Assembly: GCF_002105155.1 (NCBI RefSeq)
Contig: NW_019028989.1
Span: 558,001-622,000, forward strand
Direction of reading: 5' to 3'
DNA length: 64,000 bases
From: Lobosporangium transversale
Lineage: Eukaryota
The translations under genes were made by a program, and so were the position numbers. Shown piece after piece: positions 35,401-48,289 of the stretch (position 1 is the first letter of the stretch; each line of letters starts with the position of its first letter). The notes beneath the pieces were generated by a model, which did no database searches, was not told the origin of the DNA, and saw nothing but the letters and a program-made list of their open reading frames with translations.

Positions 35401-37986
35401 GTAAGTGCAAGAATTGCGTCTCTAGTCTTAATGCAGTATGACAGGACGTTTAGATGAAGGGTACGATTATATTGAAAGACTGACACTGATAAGGAACCTT
35501 TTTCATTCCATTTAATCGAATCACTGACCTGAAGCTGCGTTGCCTTGCAATCGGTATCAATGGTAGACAATGGGATTTCTTGTCTGGCTATGGACGTGCA
35601 GCAGCAGAAGCTCTTGACAAAAGCATACATGGAGGTACTTTGTTTACTTTTCTACTAGAATCAAATATATTATTCAAGTATGTTCAGAGCGTCGCCCTTA
35701 GATGTTTATATGATAGTGCTCATCATCTTCATGGCTTCATTATTTCACTTAGAGCTTTGCCAAGTCTATAGTGTTTTGGTGCCATTATGTGCAGTATTAG
35801 GAAGGGCCCAGGCTTTAGGTGTTGATCTGAAGGATGTCACATCATTGAACTGTCTTGATGCATTGTTCTCATCCGATCTTGATCCTATTCAGATCACGCG
35901 GATGGCAGCACTGGATATGGTACAGGGTTTATTGCCGTCTGTAGTAGGCAGAATTGCCGGCGGGAGCCGCGGGATACATTGCAGTCGATCTCAACATCAA
36001 CCGATCTCTATAAACGCTAATAGCAACACCAATAATTACAAACAGCAGCCGCAACAACTACAGCCACAACAACAACAACGCGGGGTTGCTGCATCTTACG
36101 TGGCAATGGTTGATGAGGACGCAGGACATAGTGCAATTTTGAAACTCTTTAGCTGGGTACGTCTGCGTGGCGTTATTGATGTTTTTGGTGCCTTACTGGT
36201 TGGTGCTATTACATCAATCCTGCCTGAAAATGCAAAGCTTACTTTGAGCGAGTTTGGCTACTATGCATTGTTTACCACTTCAATGGATAGTTTGGGATCC
36301 TGGACTGACCCACGGGTCAAAATCATCGCAATGCTCAGCAATGGTGATGCTGGGAAGGCTCTGGAGGCAGTCCCTGGGGCGCATCAGCGATTCTTAAAGC
36401 TACTAATTCAGGTGTTTGAAGACCAGCTGGCGTTTGAATCGAATGCATTGAGTAAAAAAATTGTAGCGGAGGCTGCATTACTAGCGGAGGAGAGGTTTGA
36501 TTCGCAGCGTGGCCTGACCAGGTCGATAGCAACATCTGCACTTTATGCAAGTTCACCCAAAACATGTGCGAGTATCACACGTTATGCTCTATGCCTTACA
36601 GATCTATATTACTTAGATGGAAAGCATCAGGATACATTGGCATCATTTCTTTATGGGTGCATGGTGGCCTCTCGTTGTTTTATAGATTTGGATCGGCTCG
36701 ATCGTCGGGTCTGGTCTGCATATACCCATACCCCATCAATAATTGCTCCACCATCTTCATTTTCGCCAGCACTATCGCAGGCCATCGTACCCTCACAAGG
36801 AGGGGTTCCTCTTTCAGGTTCGTTCGGCTCTCTGAATGAAACGGTATATCCAACTCTGACTTCATTGTCCGCCATGAATGGTGGCAGCGTTGGGCCCCCT
36901 ATTGGACTTGGTCTTACATCTAATTCAGCGCCAGCACCAGAGACAAATGGGATGAATCTTATGTCTCTAGGTCCAGAGCAACTCCCTGGACCCCACGGCG
37001 CGCCAGGGCCCATGTTTTCTTCGCTAGGCTTACCAGGATCATCAGGATCACCAGGACCAGCCCTAACAGGGCCTTCTTCTCTACCACCGCCGCCACCGCC
37101 AGGCCTGCCCATAGTCACTGGAGGAATGCCTATTGCTGGTGGTCATCATCAACAATTGCCCGTACCTTCTGCGTTTGCTTTGAGAGCCATCGATAGTTGT
37201 ATGCAACTGCAGGAGCCGCTGGCAAGCGCAGCATTGCAGCAATTCCTTCCACGAGTAGATTATAATCAAGCCTTTGCTGCTATTCGGCTTGCACATGAGC
37301 ACGGAGCGCTTACATTTTCTGGAAGAGGAACTTTAGCAATGGCTCCTTCTAATATACCAAGCATGCCCTCCTCCACACCCACTGTAGGGCTGAATCCAGG
37401 GATGGCGATCCCTACACCATTTGGGAGCTCAGGATCTTTTGGTAATAATGGTGCTGGAGGGTCTGGACCCGGAGCTGGAGTAGGACGAGGTGCAGGAAAT
37501 CAACAAGGAGTAACAGCCGCACTAGGGCAATTCTTTGGTACTCCGACCTTGTCATCGGCATCGAACATATCCCCAAGAGTGCAGTCGTCTGGAACCGTGT
37601 TTAGACCGAAGCTTGACGCCAATGGGACGCCAATTGTCAAAAGGGGATCCGTGGGTGCTGGTGGTCCTTTCATTCTGAATGGAGGAGGTAGTGGGGCTGG
37701 CAAGAGCCAAGTGGTACATAGTCCACATAGGGTAGGCGGTAGTGGTAGTAGTGTCCTTTCTCCCCAATTATTTTTAGATCTGGTGTTTGATGTATCATTT
37801 TTGGAGTTAGTCAGTCATTTGTGCAAGGAGAGCAAGGATCAGCAGGGTTTGTTGAGAGTGCAGGCACGAATTAACTGCAACCGAATGGCGCTTGATGTTA
37901 GACAGCCCTTCCGGGATCAAGTGCATCACTTGGCCCAACAAGATCTTCTTACAAGACTGTGGTCAAAGTACGTCAGGATCGGGTAG
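32407..37986 (+). CDS. INTS8: Integrator complex subunit 8 homolog (multi-exon, TPR-like)
   Basis: N-terminal blocks TLEVLLHPGLIKTKL / DMLLEQAYK / TLFQRWILRC parallel human SWFEFLLEESLLEKHL / QFLEQASK / LYNRWAIRT. C-terminal LYYLDGKHQDTLASFLYGCMVASRCF, LQQFLPRVDYNQAF and FLDLVFDVSFLELVSHL...LLTRLWSKYV parallel the INTS8 C-terminus (human sequence recalled from memory). An alternative in-frame ATG lies at 32329. Confidence 0.8.
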
Positions 37987-38141
37987 TGATAATACGAGCT
38001 TATTTATAGACACATATTTTTTAAATGCAAACGCTGTTCTGCCATATTGTTTATTTAATACTCCTGCCACATAAAAGAGAACAACGGATATGAATTACTT
38101 TTGCATCTCAGAAAAAATGGGTAAATTATAACGCAAGGCCG

Positions 38142-39346
38142 TTATTTGCGTTGCATTTCTGTGTAGCGCACCCAAGAGTACAATCCTGAGCCGAATAAAC
38201 TCAAGAAAATGCCGAACCCATTCTACAAATATCAATAGAAGTAAGAATTAGTTCTTAGTAAACTTCCAAGGATAGGGTATTATGTGATACAAGCTCAAAA
38301 AAAACCCCCCCCCCATACCATTGCAGAAATAGGGTTCTGGTAGAATACCATGGCTAACAATGTCTGGACACAGGATTTAGCAGTTCCAGAGATCGTATTG
38401 GTCAACGCGGTTGTATACTTAATCTGTAGGAACATGGCTGTATTAATCAAAAACCCTGCTACGCCAGTAAGAGTCATCAAAAACCAGAATCCTAAATCAC
38501 CCAAAAAGTAAACTTCAGCCCAAATCTCACTCAGTTCGCCCGAAAATAGGACAAGTGGCAACAACAACAAGATGGAAATCGAGGTGTTGTAATGTAGCAG
38601 TTTCCACTGATTGTTATCTACAAGTGCCAGAGTCTTCTTTACATAGATGCCATACAATGCCACAAAAATACTGGATCCAACACCCGCCAACAATCCTGGC
38701 CACGAGAAATTGGTTTCTCCATAGGATCCTACAAAAAAGCCTAAAACCACAATTGCGCAGGAAAACACTGCCGCTGGCGAAGTCGTCTGACGGAGCATCG
38801 TAAATGTGAAGAGGATATTGAAAAAGATGGAAAGTGAACGAGCCACTTGATAGAATGTCACCTCCACCAGTTGGAGACACAAGTTATTAAGTGTCAACAT
38901 TAACACATAGACGACCGAAAGAGGTGCAATTTTTCGGGCTACTTCTGGATCAAATTCAAATGGAGGGACCATAGAGAAAGTCCGATTACTGTCAGGAATA
39001 AATATGAATAAATAAATAAATAAAGCTATATATTTAGCTTACAGAAGACGAGTAACTTCAGTTGTAAAGCAAACGTATTAAAAGATACATACCGCTTGCC
39101 AAGATGCCCAGAGACAACTAGTAATATCAACGCAACAACTAGCTGGAAGAGGGTAACGAAGAGCGGGAATGGGAACTTAAATTCTGATCCAGACAGGATA
39201 GTCTTATTCAAGAATACAACTGATAGAGATGCAATCCAGTAGAATGCAATGGCTGAGACAATCTTGGATAACGCATGCTGTTGTGGCGTCCGATGCACCG
39301 CCGGTGATGGCAAGAATTTATCCTCCCGATCTGTAGATGATGACAT
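38142..39346 (-). CDS. GDP-fucose transporter-like nucleotide-sugar transporter (SLC35C1 family)
   Basis: Three exons (approx. 39093-39346, 38339-38988, 38142-38222). Motifs FYWIASLSVVFLNK, PLFVTLFQ, NNLCLQLVEVTFYQVARSL, QIKYTTALTNTISGTAKSCVQT, GSGLYSWVRYTEM. Confidence 0.9.
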
Positions 39347-39440
39347 GGTGTAATGGAATAAGGAAATGCAAAAATTAATGGATCTCCTTGGTGGCACAGG
39401 AATTTGTAACTGGGCTTCAGTTTATTACATCACTATTTTT

Positions 39441-42400
39441 TTACTTATAACGGATTTCAGTCAATAACGGACTTGCAAGTCTTGTCGTTTGAGTTCTGCT
39501 CCTCGAACTGTCTGTTTCGCCACTCAATTCCATCCTCACAATCGCATCCAAATCTGCGATGCCTGTACGCGCCTGTGCTCGACAAAGCGCATCTTCGTCC
39601 ACTTCTTCAACATATCGCAGCGTCCTGTAGGCGCGTTTAAGTTGATCACTCTCTATCTTATAAAGCGAATGGGTACCTAGTGCTCTAACCAGCAAAACCA
39701 TTACTAATGATGCTCCTCTACGAACTTCTACTTGTCGATCCAGATCAAGAATCGAGAGTACCCAGTCAATCAGAAACCGCATCTCAGGTAGCAATGCTGT
39801 AGGACATGTTTCTGCTGCTGTAGCTAGAATTGTCAGGGCACTTGAGCGTAAAAGTGAAGCTACATCCACAACCGGATCACTTTGTTCATCATTGTCCTCA
39901 TGGGTTCCTTGGCTATTTTGCATTTTCCTATTTTCTTGTTCAGTTCTCCATTTTTGCTGCCGTTCCTCTGGCGTCAGCAATGCCTCAGATGCCTTCTGCA
40001 ATTTCAACTTTTCTATGGCTTTTTTTTTCTCTTGCTCCCTCGCCTCTACAACACTCTTGTCTATTGTAGTGTTCATAACTTTGTAAAGGCCAGGTAGAAG
40101 TGCATTCAAATAACCACCTAATGCATCCCCACACCGTTGTACCGTTTGTACAAGGGCCTCCCCAACCCTCAACCTCGTATCTAATGTCTGTCTGCCATCC
40201 TCATTTGAATAGATCTTCATCAGCTTCTTCAAGATTTCAGGTCCATGGGCGTCTGTCAAAGCTGCCAAACATTTGACGGCGTTCAAGTATATGAAGGAAT
40301 CTGGTTCCTGGATGTGTTGGACAAAAATGTCCAGAGTATGGTCTAATTCTCTTTCTGCTTCATCTCCACCAAATGAACGTGTAAGGAGGATCGATTTGGA
40401 AAGAATCATTTCACGAAGGATATGAAGTCCATGAGCCCGAACAGGGAGCAAGCTATCTTGAAGCGCAGCTAGTGCTGAGGCATATTTTTCCATCTCAATT
40501 TCCATTTCTGTCTTATGCGGAGCATCCTTCATGTTAAAGCTGTTATCCAGACGAGTAGGGATCAACGTCCGCAAATCATGTGCAACTCTCCGGATCTCAA
40601 TCAGAGGATGGTCAGAAAGCCTCTTCAATTGAGTCAGTATCAACGACAGAAGATGTCGATCTTGTTCTGAAAAATGTTCATTCTCTGAGTAATCGAAATA
40701 TAGATAAGTATTAATGATCATGGCACAGCGAGAGCGATACACTAAAATATTTATACAGCTTTTACCTGTCAAGATAGCAGAGAGTAGGGTCAATACCAGA
40801 CCCACGATTTCTATACTGGTCTCGGCATCTTCACTATCAGACAATTCAGTTGGATCGGCCATTTGATGCTCCAAAATATTGCTTGCCAGCCCAATGATCT
40901 GGGTTACTTTGCTCATGATGCTTGGGCCCAACTTTTGTGTCATACTTAGGATAAGCTGAAGCATTGTAAGCATCCTATATCGAGTATATTTGATGTGTTT
41001 GTGAGTTCTATAAACTCAGGACTATTACAGATGCTAATACTAAAACTAATGCTAATAAGTTTTTGCCGTTATAAGGGCTTACCTCCTTGGTGATACTGAA
41101 TTAGTTCCACGAGCCTTACTTGCATGATATTCGTCTAATAGATACACATAGAGATCTCCTGAAATGTCTCCTTGATGATCCCCAGCCTCGAGTTCACTTA
41201 AAAAGTCTAAAAACACATCAACATCTAACTCAAGCTGAGTTGCGGCACTATGGCCTTGAGTTCTATTGCAAAATGGAGGATTGCGTTCCATACCTACTGT
41301 AAGTATTTCAAGCTGAACAGAACATGACAAAGGACATAACCCTAGCTCACCTCCTACAACGCAGAACGGCACCGCCAGTTGGACCAGGAGCAAAGTAGCT
41401 CTCGCCAATAGTGCCCATCTCGACAAGGTCTGCGATCTTACGTCCAGTATACGACACTAAAGCTTGCCAAGGCTTTGACGGGGGCACAGGCATACGCCTA
41501 CGCATTACAATTGCTTTAAGGACCTCAACAGTTTCTCTTGGGTCTAAGATCCTTAAATATGATATCAATAATTCCCGGACCTTCTCACGCAGAACAGATC
41601 GCACTTGAGACAGAAATTCATACAGCCTATAGAGACTTTGTGCAGCTTGCCCTAGAAATGCTTGAAAAAGAGCAGGTGAAGGTTCATTGCCGACAAGGAG
41701 CGAGTGCAAGAACATTGTGGCTTTTGAAATTTCGAATTCGGAGGCTACTAGTGGGTCCAACTCAAGGTCATCGCCGTCTCCTTCCTCACCAACTGGCATG
41801 GAGGCGGTGTCTGACATGACTGGTATTTTCTGGTTAGCCTGAGTACCCCATTTCCATAGTGGTTCAATTTCTTTTGCAACAATTTCCACCTGACAAATGG
41901 CTGGGTTTTTCATCATCAACTTGTTGATAACAAATGTCGTAGTTTGAACCAACTGCGGGCTTGGAAGAATATGCTGTTTCTTTGCCTCATTAGTTTGGTC
42001 TGGATCGTCTAGTTTTAAATCCAGCTCTATTATCTCAAGAAGCTCAGGGCAGATGGTGCGATAGTATTCGTGGACCGATGACATCTGATCAGGAACGCAA
42101 GTTACCAACCGCGCGATCCTCTCCAGTTGATCCAACTTTATAATCTCCGAGCTGCCCTGCATGTACTCCAGTACGACTCGGACACCACCAGGACGAAGTA
42201 GGATTTGAGATAAGAATCGCCCACTAACAGCCTTAAGCCATGTGGGAGTCAGATGCTTTGGCGATGATGAGGATAGAAGGATAGTCAGCGATTCTAAGGA
42301 CTTAGCTGCCTCTGTGCTCCAGAACAAGTCATGAAACAATTTGGCGCTTTCCTCTTTTTGCTGAAGCTGGCGCGCTTTTTCGATCCCAAGTCCGCTACCT

Positions 42401-43657
42401 TGAGTTACCTCCGTTTGCCATTTTGAGTCTGCTGCATCTTTTGATAGGTTTACTGCCTCAGCAGAGAGCGGCTTTACTGTTCTAGACATCAGGTTCGCCG
42501 GAGTCCGCTTCGTCTGAATTGAGGTCGTCACTGATGGTGTTAGTGGGTCTACCCCTGCTTCTCTAATAGGCTTTGGGAGCGGGTGATACGCCAATTGTAA
42601 TAAAGCCGCATACAAATCAGGTACATGTCGACTGGCCAGGATACTTCCTAAAGTTGTAAATCGTGTCACTTTTGGAGAGTATGCCACGGTAATTTTCGCC
42701 AAAGGCTCGATGATGGACCATAAAAGGTTTGTAAGTTTATACTGGGTAACAAGATTCTCGGCGACATCAGAGGTATCGGTGCTATTGTTAGTGCTGGCTG
42801 TGATTCCTGTCCCTGATTCAGTGGCGAAAAGCTCCTTTTGCATAGTGTTGGATCGAACTCGGCAGTGGAGAGGCATACCGACTCCAGGCAATAAACATGG
42901 ATAAATCCCCCAGCAGACAATAATCTCGAGCATCGTATGAATCATGCGTTGGTCCATTAGTCCTAGAAGCTCCTTGTCGTTTGATGGATCATGTATTTCT
43001 ATAGAAGTATCATGTCAAGGATATGTCCTCTCAGGGCATTCTGTATCTGTAGAAAAGCACAGAGTTAATATCAAGACCGATTACCTCGATCCCGCACAAG
43101 TGTCAATAGAATTTCCTCAAGTCTCTTAAGCAGTTGAATAGATTCCATCACAAAGTCTGTTCGCACATCTTGACATCCATCGGTCAAACGACTTTCATCA
43201 TGATTATGACATGGATCTCTGGTATTTTGGAGACTCAGTCTTGACGTTGGTTCGCCCTCTATAGTCTCTGATCCTGACTGCAATGAAACACTATGCTGAT
43301 TTGCCAATTCTGCACGTAAGGTCGTAAGTGCATCTAATCGCTCCTGAAGGACCTGATCAACTATTAAAGAATGACGGTATCATAGTTAGAAGATAACAAA
43401 GCTTTTATGAATAAAGCTCCCTTGGCCTCTCCTTCTCGCCTATCATTACATCTAATAAACTTACTATTTCGAATATCAACCCGAGTCCCCACTAACACAT
43501 GAATCATTCGCAAATGTAATTTCATTTCCTTCTCCAAAGAACTTGCTTGTGAATACTCATTTGTAATGTCAGCAAGCATTCCCGCTTTATTCGTCATGTC
43601 CTTAATCTCATTAATGATATTGATATCTTGCTTTTTTTCGTCTACAAACGGTTGCAT
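39441..43657 (-). CDS. RTP1: RNA polymerase II assembly factor Rtp1 / TANGO6 family HEAT protein
   Basis: Multi-exon. Motifs LLRPGGVRVVL, LQDSLLPVRAHGLHILR, QEPDSFIYLNAVKCLAAL, DTRLRVGEALVQTVQRCG, VEVRRGA. The ATG at 43657 is the best guess for the start. Confidence 0.88.
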
Positions 43658-44455
43658 GTCGGAGCGATGTCTAGGAGGCAAGGCAGAAATGTGGTGCCAA
43701 CCGTTGTCATTTTCGGACGTATATAGGCATATTCACGTGATATATGAACCTTGATATTGTTGCAAAATTTAGGGGCAGATGTGGTAGGAGATTTAGGTCG
43801 TTTTGGTGGATTATGAAGCCGGTCACTTCCAGCTGCAGATAGATAAATAATTCTAACACAATAAAAGAACACACACACTACTCAAAGACTGGACGAGAAC
43901 AGTCAGTACTCAAATGGCTCTTGTGTAAAAATAAGGAACAAGGAGCCAGATTTTCCTGAGCTGTTGCTCGTTAAATAGTTGGTGGCGAACCCTCTACACG
44001 TGACTAAAACTAAAACCAACAATATGCGATGGAATTCCCCGTATACCTGGGCCGAGCTCTTCAAGCGTCTTCCTAAGAACCAGATCCGAGTCGAGTGCCT
44101 CCGTTAACGTACCTTTAAGTAAAACGATGCCCTCGCCTAAGAGTACGGACGTACCATAAATTGCTCGGCAATCAATTGGATTGTGTCTTCAGATATACCG
44201 TCTTTGAATAGCTTTAAGAGCCTTATTTAGCCCCTTGGGATTAGCGCTGTTGTGTCTGTGATTAAAGAAGTTAGTCGTACGTCGCATCAAGCCTCTATAG
44301 ACAGGCGTCTACCAATCAGCAATCAACCCATCCAGTTGCAGGACCCACTTTGCGCGAACCAATTGAAGTATCAATCCTGTACTTTGCTAATGAGAAAGGC
44401 CTGTACGGCATTTTATAAAAGTCACAGCATTTTAATATTTTTATTCTAGCTAATC

Positions 44456-47400
44456 TTAAAAGAGCCACGGTGCTGGTTCTGGATCCGAAGCAAAAACAAA
44501 ATTAGATTGCTCTGGGTATTCCATTAAGGCTAACCTCCACTCTTTAGCCATGCACCATTGAAGGATATTCCATGATGAAGTTTGGGTCTTGCCATCCGAG
44601 AATGGGTCTACACTATGGTCTAGCAAATGTCGCCAAACGGAGTGGTTTTGTGGGACAGATCCCAAAACAATGCTTGGGTTCACTGCATCGGGATCTTTTA
44701 GCAATAAATGGAAGCCTCGTTGAACCTGTCGTTGGAACCTTGGGCTGATTGCTGATGCTGATCTACAAAAATCAAGAAATGAGCTTAAAAAGCTCCACAA
44801 GACCCAGTCCTGCTTCTTCAATAAGCACCACTTCTGCTCTCGTGAAGCTGTATTTTTTGTGTCTCGTAAAATTGAGTGTAATTTTTGCTGTTGCTGGTGT
44901 GATTGTTGATTTATATTACTGGAAGGCTCATCATGCGCTTTTGCCGCTTCAGAATTCCATGACAAGACATCGCTTCGCCAGCACTCCAAGGACGAAATTT
45001 TATGAAGCTCAACATGTACCCTTCTTTCAAGAGGCGCAAGTTTAGTTAGTTGTTCCAAAAAATCTGGCAGTCGAGCTTCTGCCGAAGACAAATTCCATGT
45101 CCCTGAAATCTGATCAGCTTTGATAGTATAATCTGACATGCGCTTAGTCATGAAATTCTCAAACCATAGGCTCGAACCATGTCCTTCATTCAAGTAAATA
45201 CTTTCATCTGATGATCGCTCGTCTGGAGTTGCTCCTCCGAGATATTGCATCAAGAATAACCCACGATCAAGTGCACATTGAGCTAGAACTAGAACGGCGT
45301 TTTGCCATGCACCATTACGTTTGTCGATGACATCTATGAATACCATTAAATAGATAAAGATTATTAACGCGACGATCTACAATTATAATAAAAATGCTAT
45401 GATCCATTTTTTAGAACCGAACGTACAAAAGTCAGGATACTGAGCCTGTACTTTGATCAAGACAGGAAGGATTGTCCGAATGATCTGAAGGACCTGCCCA
45501 AACAGATGTATTGCCCGTAACGTGTCTTTAGAATTCTCCATAAACGGATTTTGTGCCTCAATTACAGGTCTTAGGTCGCCAAGACGCTCTCTGACAATCT
45601 GAAGCCACTCAATATTGATTAGATCGAGACAGCCTACCAAGCATTGTAACAATGAAGGGAACAACATGGCCGTCTCATATTGGAAACTCTGTATGGCCAT
45701 CAGAGCAGTATTCATGCAATATCGTTGACCTGCAAGCTCAGCTGACATCTGCGCTTGCGGCTCCTTACGCAGCTGATGGATCATTGCGTCTACACTACCA
45801 GCCAGTCCTTCAATTACTGAGATGGTCCAACGGCAAGCGGCTGCTGCGATAATAATTAAATCAAGCCGTCGAGGCAGCCTTAATGCAGTGCTAATGATTC
45901 CACCTTCCCCCTGTAAGAACGCTGGCCGGATGCTCCGGTAACCCTCAGAGCCCAAAAAAGCCGTCAATAGAGGGCGTGTAATAGAAACGAATACCATTAC
46001 ACGGAAAGAGCTCGTGATCGCGTTCCTGTGCATATATAAGAAAAAGGCAAGCATGAGGCAAGCAAAAATAGCACCAGAATCAGACACAGTCAAATCAAAA
46101 ACGATAAGGCAGATGTCAAAGCACATCATAATTCTAATAGTCAATTTAAAATAACTAACTATTGGCAAATGTCTTACCATTGTCTCCAGTTCTCACCAAA
46201 TACACCAGAATTATCCAATGACGCTGTTAAAGCCCATAATGCTTCCTGTGTCTCTTCATATGGGCTTAACTGATCCTCTGCACGACTTGAGAGTAGAGCT
46301 TGAATAATAACTCGCCATGGCTGACCAACTAAATGTCGTAAGGATGTCATCCCGGTATTACGTCTTCTCAATGGAGCTTTGTTATTTATAGGTAAAGCTG
46401 TCGCGTTCTCGTTCTGGATACCAAGCTCAGATCCCATCGGAAATGCAGATAAGAACTGAACTTCACTTCCATTAGGAGTTAAAGTCACATCACACGAATT
46501 GCCGCGATCTGAGATCCTCATCGTCACTACGTTGGCTACAAGGGCACCTCCAGCAGACGGTTCCCTCTCTGGCCAATCGAACCGCATACTATTTTTCCCA
46601 TGAACGAGCTTTAACTGCGACAGGATCATTTCTAAAACATCTTGGAAAAAGTGGTCTTCCCCATCGTTGTAAAGCATGGCATAGCCACGAATTCTGGTAA
46701 CAATTTGGATGCAGTCGCTAAATTACAAATGAAGTGAAAGAGTATAGCAATATTGTCGTTATTTGACAGCCATGACAATTAATTTTTTAACATAATTCTA
46801 ATCATCAACTTACACTGGGGGTTGAGGAAAATGCTGAGAAGATGTCAAAAAGTTAAGGATGGAGTCATCGGTCCTAAGAAGTCCAGAGTCTTTGATGATC
46901 ACGCCGCAATGCTGCATGATGTACCCTATCACTAGGTGCGAGAAATCAGCAAGTTGCATAGTCTCTAATGCCAGTCGCTTCGACTCTAACCTCTATGTAG
47001 ATACAATGAATTGATACATTCAAAATTAACGGCTCGAACATTCTCAAAGGCCTACGATCCTTGCACCAATGTCTACTTTTTAAATAAGACGAACCTCCGC
47101 GTCAGCCTTGATACGAATTAGCAACATATTCAGATAACCTTGACATCGACCCTTGACCGCAGCTGCTCGATAAGGTGAGATATCATCACGTACAGAACGA
47201 CAATGCTCTCCCATATTAGAAAGCACTCGTTCAATCAGCTTTGGCCTGTCTCTCATTAGCTTCTGGTGCCACCATGCTTTCTCCTTCACACTCTTTGACC
47301 ATTGGTCTGTAGCAGACTTATTTCCATGTAAATGCCCAAGATCCAGGGGTGCGCTCGGTAGGTTTTTGAATAATTCCTTACAAAGACCTGAATTTTGACC

Positions 47401-48257
47401 TGAAAGGCTTTGGCTTCCCACCCTGACAATATCGGCAATAGCTTTCGTGAATCGGTGTTGTAGTGTAAGCTCGTGAGCTGGAAGTCCAATTGTGGCGAAC
47501 CACAATCTCAAAAAAAGATCTTCATGTTCCATTAGCACCTCTGGCCAGGACTCCGCTACACGTGTCGCCCACACAAGCTGGTTCTGTAACACCTTAAATT
47601 GCATCCATGGCGTGTATGATGGCTTTTGCCCAAAAATGCCTGTAATATCATGCATTTTCAAATGATGTTGTTTGAGAAGAATTACTCCACAGTCTGCCAA
47701 TATTCCCAGGGCTATCCATGTGCCCTGCTTTGATAAATACTCTACAGCCAATGAAGTAGGATTTTGTATTGGTTGATGCGGGTCTGCGGCATTGATGAGG
47801 GTTTGCTGGTGGATTTTGACGAGCTCTAGTAGAGAAGGATATACCCATGACCAGAGCACATGGCCAAAATCATTATTCTCGGGAAGATCCATTGGGGTAC
47901 ATGAAGGGTTTGTAGCTGTGTTGATAGAAGTAAGAGTTGCTTTTGGTATAGAGTCTAATGGTGAGTTGCCAGGTGGTGCTACAAAGTCCTCCAGGTCATT
48001 CTCATCAAATACAAGTCGTTCGTCATCGAGCCATGAGAATTCATCCTCTACCACATTAGTGGTTCCCTGCCCTTTCCTCACTATCGATCCTTGATGCTGT
48101 ATCATATACATTCTTCTTAATGTCAAAAACCGAACGATCACATCTAGGACCTGCTCTCGTAGCTTTGGAGGATACGGGACCTCAGGGTTAAAGATGCGAC
48201 TTAGTCCTAGATAATAAGGACAATATTTAATGTTCGTGTTTTTAAAATAATTAAAAA

Positions 48258-48289
<32 letters not shown>

